Shown here: positions 1 to 12,400 of the stretch, one piece after another
Layout: every line of letters begins with the position of its first letter
Numbering within the stretch: the first letter of the stretch is position 1
From: Paraspadella gotoi
Lineage: Eukaryota; Animalia; Chaetognatha
Direction: 5' to 3'
NCBI GenBank assembly: GCA_051294375.1
Contig: CM119264.1
Span: forward strand, 9,236,764-9,300,763
DNA: 64,000 bases
Notes under the pieces: model-generated
Told to the model about the DNA's origin: nothing
Databases searched by the model: none
Seen by the model: only the letters and a program-made list of their open reading frames with translations
Position numbers and translations under genes: made by a program

Positions 1-486
1 GTGCGTCTCTGCTCTTTTGTTAATTCTCTCTCATCTCGACCTAATTCAGCGCGAAAAGCCTGCTTCGGACCTACTTCTGCTGCTGCGGGAGGGGCCGGTG
101 AGGTACCTCGGTCGGCTGTGGCCTGGGCGACGGCCGCGCGCGATGGCCGCGCAAGNNNNNNNNNNNNNNNNNNNNNNNNNGCCCGCAAAGCCCCACACGT
201 GCGAGGGCGTCGCTGAGGCGTCGTTCGCGCCCCCCGGAACGTGCGCACGCGATCCTGCGTACACACGGGACCCCCTCTTCAACCCCCCCTTTGTACACGC
301 ACGTGCTAATGGACCGCGGATATCAAAATCATTGAGGCTTGAAAATATTTCGACGAGACGAGAGAGAGAAAGAGAGAGAGATAGAAAGGGAGAGAGAGAG
401 ATAGAAAGGGAGAGAAAGAGAGAAAGAAAGTGAGAGAGAGAAAGAGAGAGAGAAAGAGAGACAGAGAAAGAGATAGAGAGATACAT

Positions 487-552
<66 letters not shown>

Positions 553-2988
553 TGAAAGTGACAGTAGAAATTCACGTAATCATGATGCAGAATCGGAAGA
601 CTTATCTTTTGCGAGTGATAAAGATTAAAGAAATTCAAGAAAGTCAAAGGTCAAAAGAAGACAAGATAGCAAAAGAAAAACAGAAAAAAATACGTAATTA
701 TTTTTTTTTTTAATGTATTAATTTTACTTTTGAAGTAAATATCTAAAGATACAAAGATAAAAATATGAATTTAATGATTGAAAGACGCAACGATGTAACG
801 ATATTAAGCTCCATCTAATCTTTTAACTTGAGTGAATATTTTAAAGAAACTCGAAACTAATGTAAAAAGTTTAATTTTCACATTTGAGTTGAAGAGATAT
901 TTATGAAACTCAGTTCACCCCATTTCGCTTTCTCTGCCCGCTATTGATCTATAATCCTCGATACTTCTATCATCATACAGTCTGTCGAGCTCTCCGATAT
1001 AACCCAGATTCGTCTTATCGAAGGACTGACCGACCAAAAAACCGTAAAATAGGATGTCCCACGACCCGGCAATAAGATCCTTAGAAAGGAGCAGATGGTC
1101 TAAGACGCGGCGATGGTTTGTTTTCCAGAGGCTTCATCATTAATTATATTCTTTCCTTCGCTTTTAATAAACATAAAATACTTAAACAAGATTAAACGTC
1201 CTATGAAGAAGAAAAGGAGTAAGCCGAAGAAAGACGACGACAACGACGACGACGACGACGACGAAGAGAATGACGATGCCAAAGAAATCTTAGTTGATGA
1301 AAGATGTGATGACGTCGCGACGGTGGATGGAAAGTCGGTTTCAAAGAGAGACATCGATGACGACAATGAGAAAGACCCTCAAAGGAAAACGACAACGATG
1401 AGAACCGCGACGACGACGACAACGACGATGATGATGACGATGATGATTATGATGACGACGATGTTGATGATGATGAAAATGATGATGATGATGATTATGA
1501 TGACGACAATGTTGATGATGATGATGATTATGACGGCTGCTGGTTATCTCAAATGTCAGTGATGGATGATGATGATAATAACGACGAAAACTGCATAATG
1601 GCGACGACAACTAAGACAAAGAGCAAAAAGGAAAGTGAAAATAAAAAAAATAAAAAGAAATGGAAGATGGCGACGACGAAGACTTCGAAGAAAAATGACG
1701 ACGACAACGACGAAAAATGGGAAAAATGACGACGTCGACGACTAAAAAACGAAGACGCCACCGGGACTCATTCGAGATTCAGATGTCGCCGAAAGAAGTA
1801 ATTTTTTACACGCCACGCGGTTGCTTGGTTGCTTGGTTGCTTGGTTCCCTGGTTGCTGTCACTGGAAATATCAGCCTGTTGTAGTTTGGATTTTCTTTTA
1901 CGTTCAACCGCATTGATTAAAGCTTGTGCATTTGAAGCTTGCTTGCTTAACTCCGGAAAACTCTGAATACATTGAATAAGTTCTAAATTCAAAAAACGAA
2001 AGTGAAGCTTGTATCACGTTACCTAATAGACTAATACCATAATAATGACATATCATGTACGACCAACGCGTGCGAACGTCGCATTGCGCACAGGACCATC
2101 TACGTTCTCTTTCTTTGTGATCGGTTCGTACGTGCGCGAAATATCAGAAACGAGGACAGAATTTTCGTTCGTTCGCTGGCGTCGGACATCGACACATATT
2201 CGGACGCATACGTGGAAAGAGACATGGACGGTCGGACACCTACACGGACGTTGAACACGAATCAGACAAGGAGAGTGACACTTTGAAATGGAAATGACTC
2301 GAATTAAATGAAATGCGTTAAAATCAGAAAATATGAAATAGAATGAAACAGAATTCATTCCTGTCGTTTCGCTCTCTCAAGGATATCGTCATAAAAACGA
2401 ACGAGTTAAGAGTGATACACTGAGAGCGACGATGAGAACGACGATGTGCGCGACGACGAAACTTTCGACCGTAACGAAGATGATGATGATGATGATGATA
2501 ATGACGTCAATGATACTGATAAAGTTTTAAACAGGATTAATAAGTTGACGACAATATTTAAACTGAATATACTGTAATATTATATCATGTAGTTATGTAT
2601 TAATATCCAAGTCATAATCGTTTATAATGAAGATGACAATAAATAATAAAATAAATAAAATAAAAGGAACTATAATTTGAGAGGAAAGATGACAGTGACG
2701 TAAAAGACGAATGATGACAATGAGAGTCGGAGTGAGGATGAGAAAAACACGAAAATGAGGAGAAGAACGACGCCGACGACGACGACGACGACTAGAACTG
2801 CGGCGAGAACGACGTTGCGACCTTGATGAAGTGTTTCAGGGTTCTCGAGAGACGGATACCGATGGAGAAACGCGACAGACACATCTTGAATTCTCTCTCT
2901 TTCTCTCTTTCTTTCTTTCTTTCTTTCTTTCTTTCATTCTTTCTTTCTTTCATTCTTTCTTTCTTTCTCTCTTTATTTTTTTAGTTCG

Positions 2989-3025
<37 letters not shown>

Positions 3026-3142
3026 TTTTTTTTTTTTTTTTTTTTTTCTTTCTTTATTTCTCTCTTTCTTTTTTCTTTTTCTTTTTCTTTTTTTTCTAAC
3101 TTTCTTTTATTTTTCTTTTTTCTCTCTCTTCTCTCTCATCTC

Positions 3143-3186
<44 letters not shown>

Positions 3187-3589
3187 ACTTTTCTTCCGTG
3201 ATGTTCTCGGTCTTTCATCATACGAAGTCTCAGGCCGAAGACGTGAATTCAAAAGTAAAACGTCGGAAATGAAAAAGGATGTGAGAAGTTCGTTCTTGGC
3301 GGGAGAATGATTTATGGAACTACAATTAATTGTTGAAATAAAATAAATTTATAACGATATAATCCAACAATATCAATAAATAGATTCTAGTCTTTCAATG
3401 TTTTTTTTTTATAATTTTTCGTTGTTCATTTGTTTTTCCTAACTGTTCTCCCAGTCGTTCTACGCTCTACGTTTTCACGCTCGTTCGTTCCATTAAATCC
3501 GAGTCATTGTTGTCCGACACGGAAAGAATTTCAATTTGAAAACGTTTAAAAATCTTCAAAAAAAAGAAAACCCATTAAATTTATCCTGG

Positions 3590-6500
3590 TTCTCTCTTTC
3601 TTTCTTTCTTTCTTTCTTTCTTTTTCTTTCTTTCTTTCTTTCTTTCTTCTTCTTTCTTTTCTTCTTCTTTCTTCTTTCTTTCTTTCTTTCTTTCTTTCTT
3701 TCCTCTCTCTCTCATCTCCCCCTCTCTCCCTCCTCTTCCTCTCCTCTTCTCCTTCCCTCTCTTCTTCTCTCTCTCTCTCTCACTCTTTTCCCCCTTTTCC
3801 CCAAATTTCCCCAGATTTCCAGTCGATTTCCTTTTCAAAAAAATAGATTCTCTCCCAAAAACTCACTACGAAATAAAAAAAAAAATTGTTACCGCAAAAA
3901 AAAAAAAAAAAAGAAGGCTTATTCCGCAGGTCCCGGCTCTGCCCCTCTCTTCGGCCCCGCCCCTCCTTCCGTTCTCCCTCCATTCGTGGTCCGGGGCCAG
4001 ACCTCCCCACTCCCTCAACCCTAGGAAACGGCCTCGCTGCCTTTTCAAGACCACCTTGGGGCGATTGGACCAATTCCGGCCCCACCTCGCGAGGATACCC
4101 CGGCCAGCGATTACGACGCAGAAAAATAAATAAAACTTTTTTTCTTCATTCGTCCAAGCGAAGGTTGAAAGTTTAGAAGAGTGTGTTGAATCTAAGTTCG
4201 GAAGAATGTGTCTTCTTGCAATATCTATAACTGACTGGGACTAATTCGCGCATTTGAAGACCGATGGATCGGTAATAAAATGCGCAGAAGAAGCGATGGC
4301 GCCGGCACAAAATACGCCCTGGAGATGGATGACGACAAAGTCTCGTACGACTACGTCGTGCTAAAGGCCGAAAGGCCACGAATCTACGAAGCCGCAGGAC
4401 TTGACAAAATGCTACGTAGAAGGAAGGAGGTTGTAATAAGTCCGTTGAAGGAGCTTGATTGTAGAGATTCTAGAAAGCTTCGGGCACAGGAATAACGAAA
4501 AGCATTTAGTACAAACTTCACAAATACTATATATTAAATTTATAAGTGTCTTTCTTACTGTTTCTAACCAATACATATGCCACAATAATAATAGCTCTCT
4601 CATAAGAAAAGCTCACCAAACCAAGCGGAATGCACACAAAGAAAATAAGATTCCGAGATGATCTGATAAGATTATGCTTCTGAATAAAGAAACTAAATAC
4701 CCAGTGCAACATGTTGAGAATATGAAGAATGCGCACGTGGGTAGATATTCGAATTAGAATCTGTTAATCGAAAGACTATCGGAGAATCACACGGGCACCT
4801 CATCAGAATACAGGCGACTGTAAAACACTGCCCTTCGGAATTCTGTACTCTAGTTAAAACAAAAAGAGCCTAAACGATGGGGTCGCTGCGATCGTTAGAA
4901 AGGTCGCATTTTCGAATGTCAGCTAAAATAAGAGCAAAAGACCGCAACGGGTAAAAGGCAGAGAAGCTGGATTTTAACTCGAAATATTAGAAGTAGTAGG
5001 TTATTTTCGTACCAGAAGGGAAAAACATTTAAGGGGAAAGGGGGTTGGAAGGGGGTGGGGGAGAGAGATGCGGATGTGGCGCAAGGAAGAGGGGTAACTG
5101 GAAGGGGGTGGGGCCGGGGGCGTGGGGGTAAGGACTCTCTGAAGGTGCGGGGTCAACGGGATTGTGTATCTGGTGCTTTATTTAGACCGTAATATTTTCA
5201 TTCTTGTGTGTATTTCTTACATGGCCGGTTGGTTGTTTTCCTCAGAACACATTCTATCTTATTGTTCTTTATATGTTTAAGAATCCGCAATATACCTGTA
5301 ATGTCCTTTAACAAATGGAAGCAACCAATGTCCCTAGGCAAATTAATATGCATTTTAACCTAGAGTGGGAACCAGACCGACCGGACAGACAACGCGAAAC
5401 GATAAGACGCCCGGCGACACCGACCGACCGGAGCCGACCGACCGAGCCAGACCGAGCCCGACAGATTCGACCCCGAAAAGTGAAAGCAGGTTGATCCGCG
5501 AGTACTCGCGGCGCCAACTAAAATTTGAATAATTGGATAACCATACATACACTCAAAAATTTTGAGGAAGAGGAAGTGCATGCTAAGGATTTGTTAACAA
5601 GTGAAGCCAAGGTGGCGAAAAAAAGGGAAGAACGATCAGATTTTTGTAGGAGGAAAAAGAGAAAAAGGAGGGAGGACTAAGAGAGGAAGAAAAAAAGGTT
5701 GGGAGAAAAGCACGTACAGCGAATAACTGGGCTTAGTGTCGGTGCTTCGCTTAACAAATCTGGAGAAGGAAATGAATCAATCGTAGATCGCGCGAAAGAA
5801 AAAAAAAACTCCCTCTGTGGTGTTGAGTCTCTGCTGGAGTACGCGACCGAAGACGTGATTTGAAACGAACGCTGATAGAGTCATTATAGAGGACGGAGGG
5901 GGGGGGGTGAAGGAAAGAAGTTTGGGGGATGAATCCGTTATAGACGAGTCTGAAAGAAAAAAATATAGATCTTGAAGATCGCGTCTATCGCGATCGTTAA
6001 GGAAATATGATTATCTCTGTTAGAGCATGGATAAAATTTGAAATCACGGAAGGATCTTGGCTTTTAGTTTTGATAAAAAGATTTTTAAAGCTGAAAGGAT
6101 TTGCCGGTTTCGCCCTGCACGAATCCAATTATAAANNNNNNNNNNNNNNNNNNNNNNNNNTCTTTCTTTCTTCTTCTCTTCTTCTTCTTTCTTTCTCTTT
6201 CTTTCTTTCCTCTCTCTCTCATGCTCCCTCTCTCGTCCCCCTCCATCTCCTCTCCTCTCCTCTCGCTCCTTCCCTCTCTCTCTCGTCTCTCTCTCTCTCT
6301 CTCTCGTCTAGTCCCTCACTCTTTCCCCAAATTTCTTCCCAGATTTCCAGTCGATTTCCTTTTCAAAAAATAGTTTTCTCTTCCAAAAACTCCAATGAAA
6401 AAAAAAAATGTTACCGCAAAAAAAAAAAAAAAAAAGAAGGCTTATCCGCAGGTCCCGGCTCTGCCCTCTCTTCGGCCCCGTCCCCCCTCTTCCACCCAGG

Positions 6501-8193
6501 GTCGATATCGGGGCACGAGACCTCCCCATCCCTCAACCCTAGGGAAACGGCCTCGCTGCCTTTTCAAGACCACCTTGGGGCGATTGGACCAATTCCGGCC
6601 CCACCTCGCGAGTACCCCGGCCAGCGATTACGACGCAGGCAAAATCAAATAAAACTTTTTTCTCATTTCGCGTCCAGCGAAGTTGAAAGTTTAGAAGTGT
6701 GTTGAATCTAAAGTTCGGAAAGTGTGTCTTTGCAAATATTTAAACTGCTGGACTAATTCGCGCATTTGAAGACCAGATGGAATCGTGGTAATAAAATGCG
6801 CAGAAGAAGCATGCGGCCGGCACAATAAAAACGCCCTGGAGATGGATGACGACAAAGTCTCGGTACGACTACGTCGGCTAAAGCCGAAAGGCACGAGATC
6901 TACGAAGCCCAGGACTTGACAAAATGACTCGAGTAAAGAGGAGGTTGTAATAAGTCCGTTGAAGGAGCTTGATTGTAGAGATTCAGAAAGTCTGTCGGCA
7001 CAGGAATAACAAAAGCATTTAGTACAAACTCAGCAAACTACTATATTACAATTTAAAAAGTGTCTTTCTTAACTGTTTTCTGAAGCCAATAACTATGCAA
7101 CACAATAGAATTGCTTCTCAATAAGAAAGCATTCACCAAACCACGGATGCACACAAAGAAAATAAGATTCCGAGATATCTGATAAAGTTTCTAGCTTCTG
7201 AATAAAGAAAACTAAAACCCAGTGACGAACTGTTGAGGATTTATGAAGAATGCCACGTGGGTAGCATATTCGAATTAGAATCTGTTAATCGAAAGATACT
7301 ATCCGGAAATCACAGGGCACCTCAATCAGAAACGGCCTGTAAAAGCACTGCCCTTCGGAATTGCTGTACTCTGGTACTAAACACAAAAAGAGCCCTAAAC
7401 GATGGTCGCTGCGATCGTTAGAAACGGTGCGCATTTTCGATGTCAGTAAATAAAGAGCAAAAGACCAACGGGGTGAAGAAGGCAGAGATAGCTGGGATTT
7501 TACTCGAAATATTAGAAGTATAGGTTATTTTCGTACCAGAAGGGAGAAAACATTTAAGCGGAAAGGGGGTTGGAAGGGGGTGGGGGAGAGAGATGCGATG
7601 TGGCGCAAGGAGAAGGGGTAATGGGAAGGGGGGGTGGGGGTAAGACCTCTGAAGGGTGCGGGGTCAATTGTATTGTGACTTTATTTTAACGTATATTTCA
7701 TTCTGTGCGTATTTCTGACATGCGTTGCTTCAAAATTCCATCTTTTGTTCTTTATAGTTTTAAGAATCCCAATATACCTAATGTCTTAACAAATGAGCAA
7801 CCAACTATAGGCAAATTATATGCATTTTTAACGTAAGTGGGACAGACCGACGGACAGACAGACCGAAAGACCGGCGGACCGACCGACCGACCGACCGACC
7901 GACCGAAAAGTGAAAGAGTTGATCCGCGAGTACTCGCGGCGCAACTAAAAATTTAATATTGGAACCATCAAACATCAGAAATTTTGAGGCAAGGAAGGCA
8001 TGGCTAAGGAACTTGTTTAACAAGGAAAAGGGAGAACGATCAGATTTGAGGAGGAAAAGAGAAAAGGAGGAGGAAGAGGAGGAGAAAAAAGGTGGGAAAA
8101 GCACGTAAGGAATAACTGGGTCGTTCGTGCTTCGCCTTAACCAAATCTGGAGAAGGAAAGAATCAATCGTAAGTCGCGCGAAAGAAAAAAAAA
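3590..8193. repeat. Direct duplication across a 25-N gap (~3590-5808 repeated as 6161-8193)
   Basis: Colinear identity with dense small indels; 25-N spacers at 6136-6160 and 8194-8218. Probably an assembly or gap-filling artefact. Confidence 0.85.
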
Positions 8194-9908
8194 NNNNNNN
8201 NNNNNNNNNNNNNNNNNNTTCCTTTTTTTTTCTTGCTTTGATTTACGAACTTCGTTCCTCACTCCCTTTGATTCATTTTTTCACTTCTGCCTCTTTTGTT
8301 TCATTGAACAAAACGACTCTTTCTCATTGTATTCTGGATATTCTCTTTCACACTTCTTTCTCCCTAACTTCTTTTATATTTCTTGTTGTATGATTATTCT
8401 CAACATTGTGTTTCTTTATTATTTTAAATTTGTTTTTATTTTGGAATATCATTGATCTGAAGAAATATGAGAAAGCAAATCAAAGAAACAAATTATGTGT
8501 GTAAGTAGGTTCAAAGGTTGAGACCTTTAAATCTTTTCTCTGGAGGGAGAGATATTGCAAAAAAACAAAGGATGGTGAAGCCTTAACAGGAAATGGGGGG
8601 GAATTTTGTCCACCAATTCAATAGGGCAGAATAATTATCTCCTCCTCTCTCTCTCTCTTCTCCTCTCTCTCTCTTTCCTCTCTCGTCTCTCACTCTCTCT
8701 CTCTCTTCTCTCTCAATTTCCACATTGCCGAAAATAATAAAATTTAATATGTTTTTCTTGAAGTAATTGTTTTTTTTTTAAATGTTAGTATTGTCAGTTG
8801 TTAGGTCGAATGTGAAAAAAAAAAAGGAATAGATTCGTGCAAGAAACTGAGGAAGAGAAAAAGAAGACGTTTCGTTTCAATGAGAATGTCAACAATGGAA
8901 ACTTCTTTTCTTTACGGTATTATTATATCTTCCTCATCTAATTTTACTCTCTCTCCCTCTCTCTCGTCTCCTCTCTCTCTTCTCTCTGTTTCTTCCCTTC
9001 AACCCAACGCCCTCTCTCTCTCCCACTTTCAAAACAAACTGAGGGCAGCTAGGAATATGATGATTTATTGCATTTAGGCACAAGCACCTGAGAGCTGATT
9101 AACCGCCAACGAGGTCTCCCTCCGTGAAAATGGCATTTCATATATCCAAATTAGTCCACTGTTCCCGACTCGAGCTTCCCCTTTTTTTCTTTCCGGTTTT
9201 CTATCTTTATCTTTTTCTTTCCTTTCTCAAATCACGCGGGATTTCTTTTACTGTATGTCTACGACGGCTCGATGCTGAATCCGGCGACGGGCTGGAGCTT
9301 CTAGTTCTTCGTTTTTTTTTTTGTTTTGGGGGGGGGGTTCCCAAAATTTGTTTAATAGAATTAAAGAATATTAATCTTTCATATTAGTTTTAGTTATGTT
9401 TTATTATTTATTTTTGTTTTAATATCTATTCCGCTTTTTGTCGTTCTTACTATCAAGAAAAATGAAAAATTTTGTAGAATGTCATCGAACAAGTTCATTA
9501 ATTTTTTCTGGGAAAATTTTTCTTTGCTGATTGATAGTTGATTGATTAGTTGATTGTAGTTGATTGCATAGTTGATTTGAAGATTGTTTGAATTGCATTT
9601 TAGCTGCAGTATCTTCTTCGATTTTGCGCTCATGTCCTTTCTCTCTCTTTGACCTTTTTTTTTTTCTGTTTTTCTTTTCTCTAATTAGAAGAAAGTCTCG
9701 CGAAAAACGTTATAGGTTTCTCTTCTTTTTTCTTTTCTTTCTTTCCTTCTTTCTTCCTTTCTGTCGGCTCTGAAAGAAACTTTATACAAAGGGGGAAAAA
9801 TCACTCAATTTTGAATTTTTAAACTTTTTTGAAAGAGAGAGTTGAAAAAAAAAACGATTGCGGTGACGAATACTGCAAACGTATAGACTTAGATACAAAA
9901 TTAGATAT

Positions 9909-10612
9909 TGTGGCGTCGCCACGATAACGTCAGTGGATAAGATGGCGTTGACCGGAAACAAGAGATTGACACGTTGACGTTTTGTCAATGCAAAATCCAG
10001 TTTATTTAATTGTTATTCCAATAAAAACGTTTCTAAACCACATTTGCATTGGTTTAACTATAAAAGCAGCCTAATAAATGGTAATCAAAGCATATAGATA
10101 TTCAGTTTGCTTTTGCCAAACAAGCAGCTACAATATCTATATGCACAGCCAATAGTTAAAATAAAGCAATTAACCAATAATAAACATTGGTAAATTGACA
10201 GTATTCTTTTAAAGAGAGAGGAATAAAGAATTTCAGTTAACAGGTGGGATTAGTAAAACATGTTGATAGAGATTGCTACTGCAATCTTCCCTGTGCTTAT
10301 AGTTGTTGTGCGTTCATTGTTCATAGTTTAGTAACATTACATAACTTAAGGATAATTAAGTCATTGGGAATATCTATAAATGTATCTGCTTGGTCTGTGG
10401 CACACTGCCAACTTAAACCTCCATTAGCCATTCAAAGGTCCGAGATTGAAATGCGTCGGTCATGAGCTTTTGTTTATAATTCATTTAATGATTATTTGCA
10501 TTTGAGAAGTTCCATATTTACAAATTAACAGATAAGTTAATTGTCACATATTGGCTACTCGCCCCGATGGCCGGATTATTCCGACTGGTTAAGTTCGGGT
10601 TCCCAGCCTTCA
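9909..10612 (-). repeat. Putative 3' LTR (~704 bp) of the Gypsy element
   Basis: On the minus strand a G10-A polypurine tract (10613-10623) is followed directly by TG. The segment ends ...CGCCACA at 9909, next to ATAT, and has AATAAA about 90 nt from its end. There is no second LTR in the window to confirm it. Confidence 0.6.
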
Positions 10613-11139
10613 TCCCCCCCCCCAGACATAAGACTGAAAGGGAGGAGGAGTCCAGGAGTAGTAGAGAGAAGGAAAAAAAGAAAACGTTTGGCTCAGACGT
10701 ATTGTTTTGTTCAAGGAGATTGTTTGGAAGCACTGATTATAGTTTGAGGTCTCACGATTTGTTGCGTTTGACGCCGCGGCGGGAAAGGGACAGGGACAAA
10801 GCGTGATGATTAAGACGATGCCGGCGTCCGCGATTCCAACGGTTGCGAGAGCATTGTCATTAGAATTGACGACGCTCGAAAATGGATCGGCCGTAAATAT
10901 CGCATTTTCTTTTCCTGTGGTGGGCGTGGCCGGAAGTGACGCTTCTTTGTCGTTTATTGCTCTCCTCTCTGCTATTATACGAATTGGGAAGGCTGCGTTT
11001 TTTAGCGGTCTGTGAATTGACGATGAGGAGAAGAATGCCTTGTTCTGGCGCCGGGGCGTCGGACCGGGGTCGAGGAGCGGCGGCTGTTTGATGTCTCTCT
11101 TCCTCTTGAGAGGTCGTCCGTCGGCAAGTGGCCTCATCC

Positions 11140-12400
11140 CAGGACGATGAGCTGGCTTTGTGCGGCGCGATGGTGGTTCCGTTTCTATTTCCTCTCCAGG
11201 TATTTCCACCTTGAAGTTTAAAGTTGTTCTGGTACAACTTGAACGGACCGTCATAGGGGCGCAGTGAGTAGGCGGGCCTGACCCCGCTTCGCGGAATTGA
11301 AGACATAAGACGCCGTCTATCGTCTCGTCGCGAGGGCATCGGTAAGTGACGCTGTGGAGGCGATGGCTGCTTTGTAGGGAATGGGTGCAATCTTTCAACT
11401 TCAAGACGAAGTTCATCGCGGAGAACGACGATTGAAGCTCTCAAATAATCTTGCGGCGGCGTCGCTCGGGCAGAGGACGGCGCACGGGATCCGTTTAGAC
11501 CGTCGCCGGTAAACCATAGTGGGCTGGTGCCTCCGATGTCGGGCTTGACGGTCGTCCGGAATTGCCAAGAGAAGCTGAAGGCAAGCTGCGTCTCGATACC
11601 ATTGAGAGGGTTCATCGGGCGCGTGACATATTAATGTAATGCCTCTGTGAGGCGCCGATGGAATCTTCCAAAAGTCCATTGCCTTGGATTGGTAACGCTT
11701 GTAGTTTTGTGATTTTACATTTTCCCCACCGTTTGCCCGCTGTGTCCATATTGTCGATGGGGTAAACTGGGCCCTCTGTCCGTGGTTATTTCGAGAGGAG
11801 CCTACGGTAGCCAATCACCTGGGTTGGAAATGCGTCCGCGCACCATTACCGCCGAAATGTTATTATAATAGGGTGGCGGTCGGCCATCGTTGAAAAACGA
11901 TCGGATGCCGTCAAAAGATATCGAGAAATCCATTCGACGTGGTGGAATGTGAAACATATCTTACGTGAATGTGCTGAAGCGTCAGAGGAGGAACCTTTGA
12001 AATCCGCGCGATTGGGGCACCGTGTTGGCGCGCACTTACTTTCGCGCTTGACATGAACGCACTCGCCGTGCCCAGCGAGACGTGTAAAACATCGAGCCGT
12101 CGGCTGGAAGCCCCACAAAGTTTTCCGCGATTCGTCTTCTCGTCGGCAACGCGCGGATGGCCGAAGTTCTGTGAAGGGATCGAAAACTTTTTCGGCAGCC
12201 ATTGATTCCGGGCAACGAAGAGGTCGGCGCGCATGGGCCATTAGACGATATCGACGACAATCGTCTTCATCGCCGATATGGATCCTTTTGAAAAGCGCAG
12301 CCTTGATTGGGCGTCCCCTCGTCAGAGGAGTCTGCGCGAAAAATGTGCGCATCTAGGGGTTGTTGCCTGCCCATTCCCTTTTATTTATTAAATCGATGCC
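11140..12400 (-). pseudogene. pol: Gypsy pol integrase domain, frameshifted (decay or read errors)
   Basis: Integrase motifs are split across track ORFs 11846-12352, 11911-12234, 12036-12260, 11413-11814, 10860-11615 and 10610-11416. Boundaries are approximate. Confidence 0.8.

Noticed and set aside
50-97. Small plus-strand exon candidate (AKSLLRTYFCCCGRG)
   Set aside because: It is only 48 nt, lies next to a gap at the window edge, and has no partner exon that can be verified.
1113-1760. Asp/Met/Thr-rich 149-aa ORF
   Set aside because: It is a degenerate (GAC/GAT)n microsatellite with no splice or homology support.
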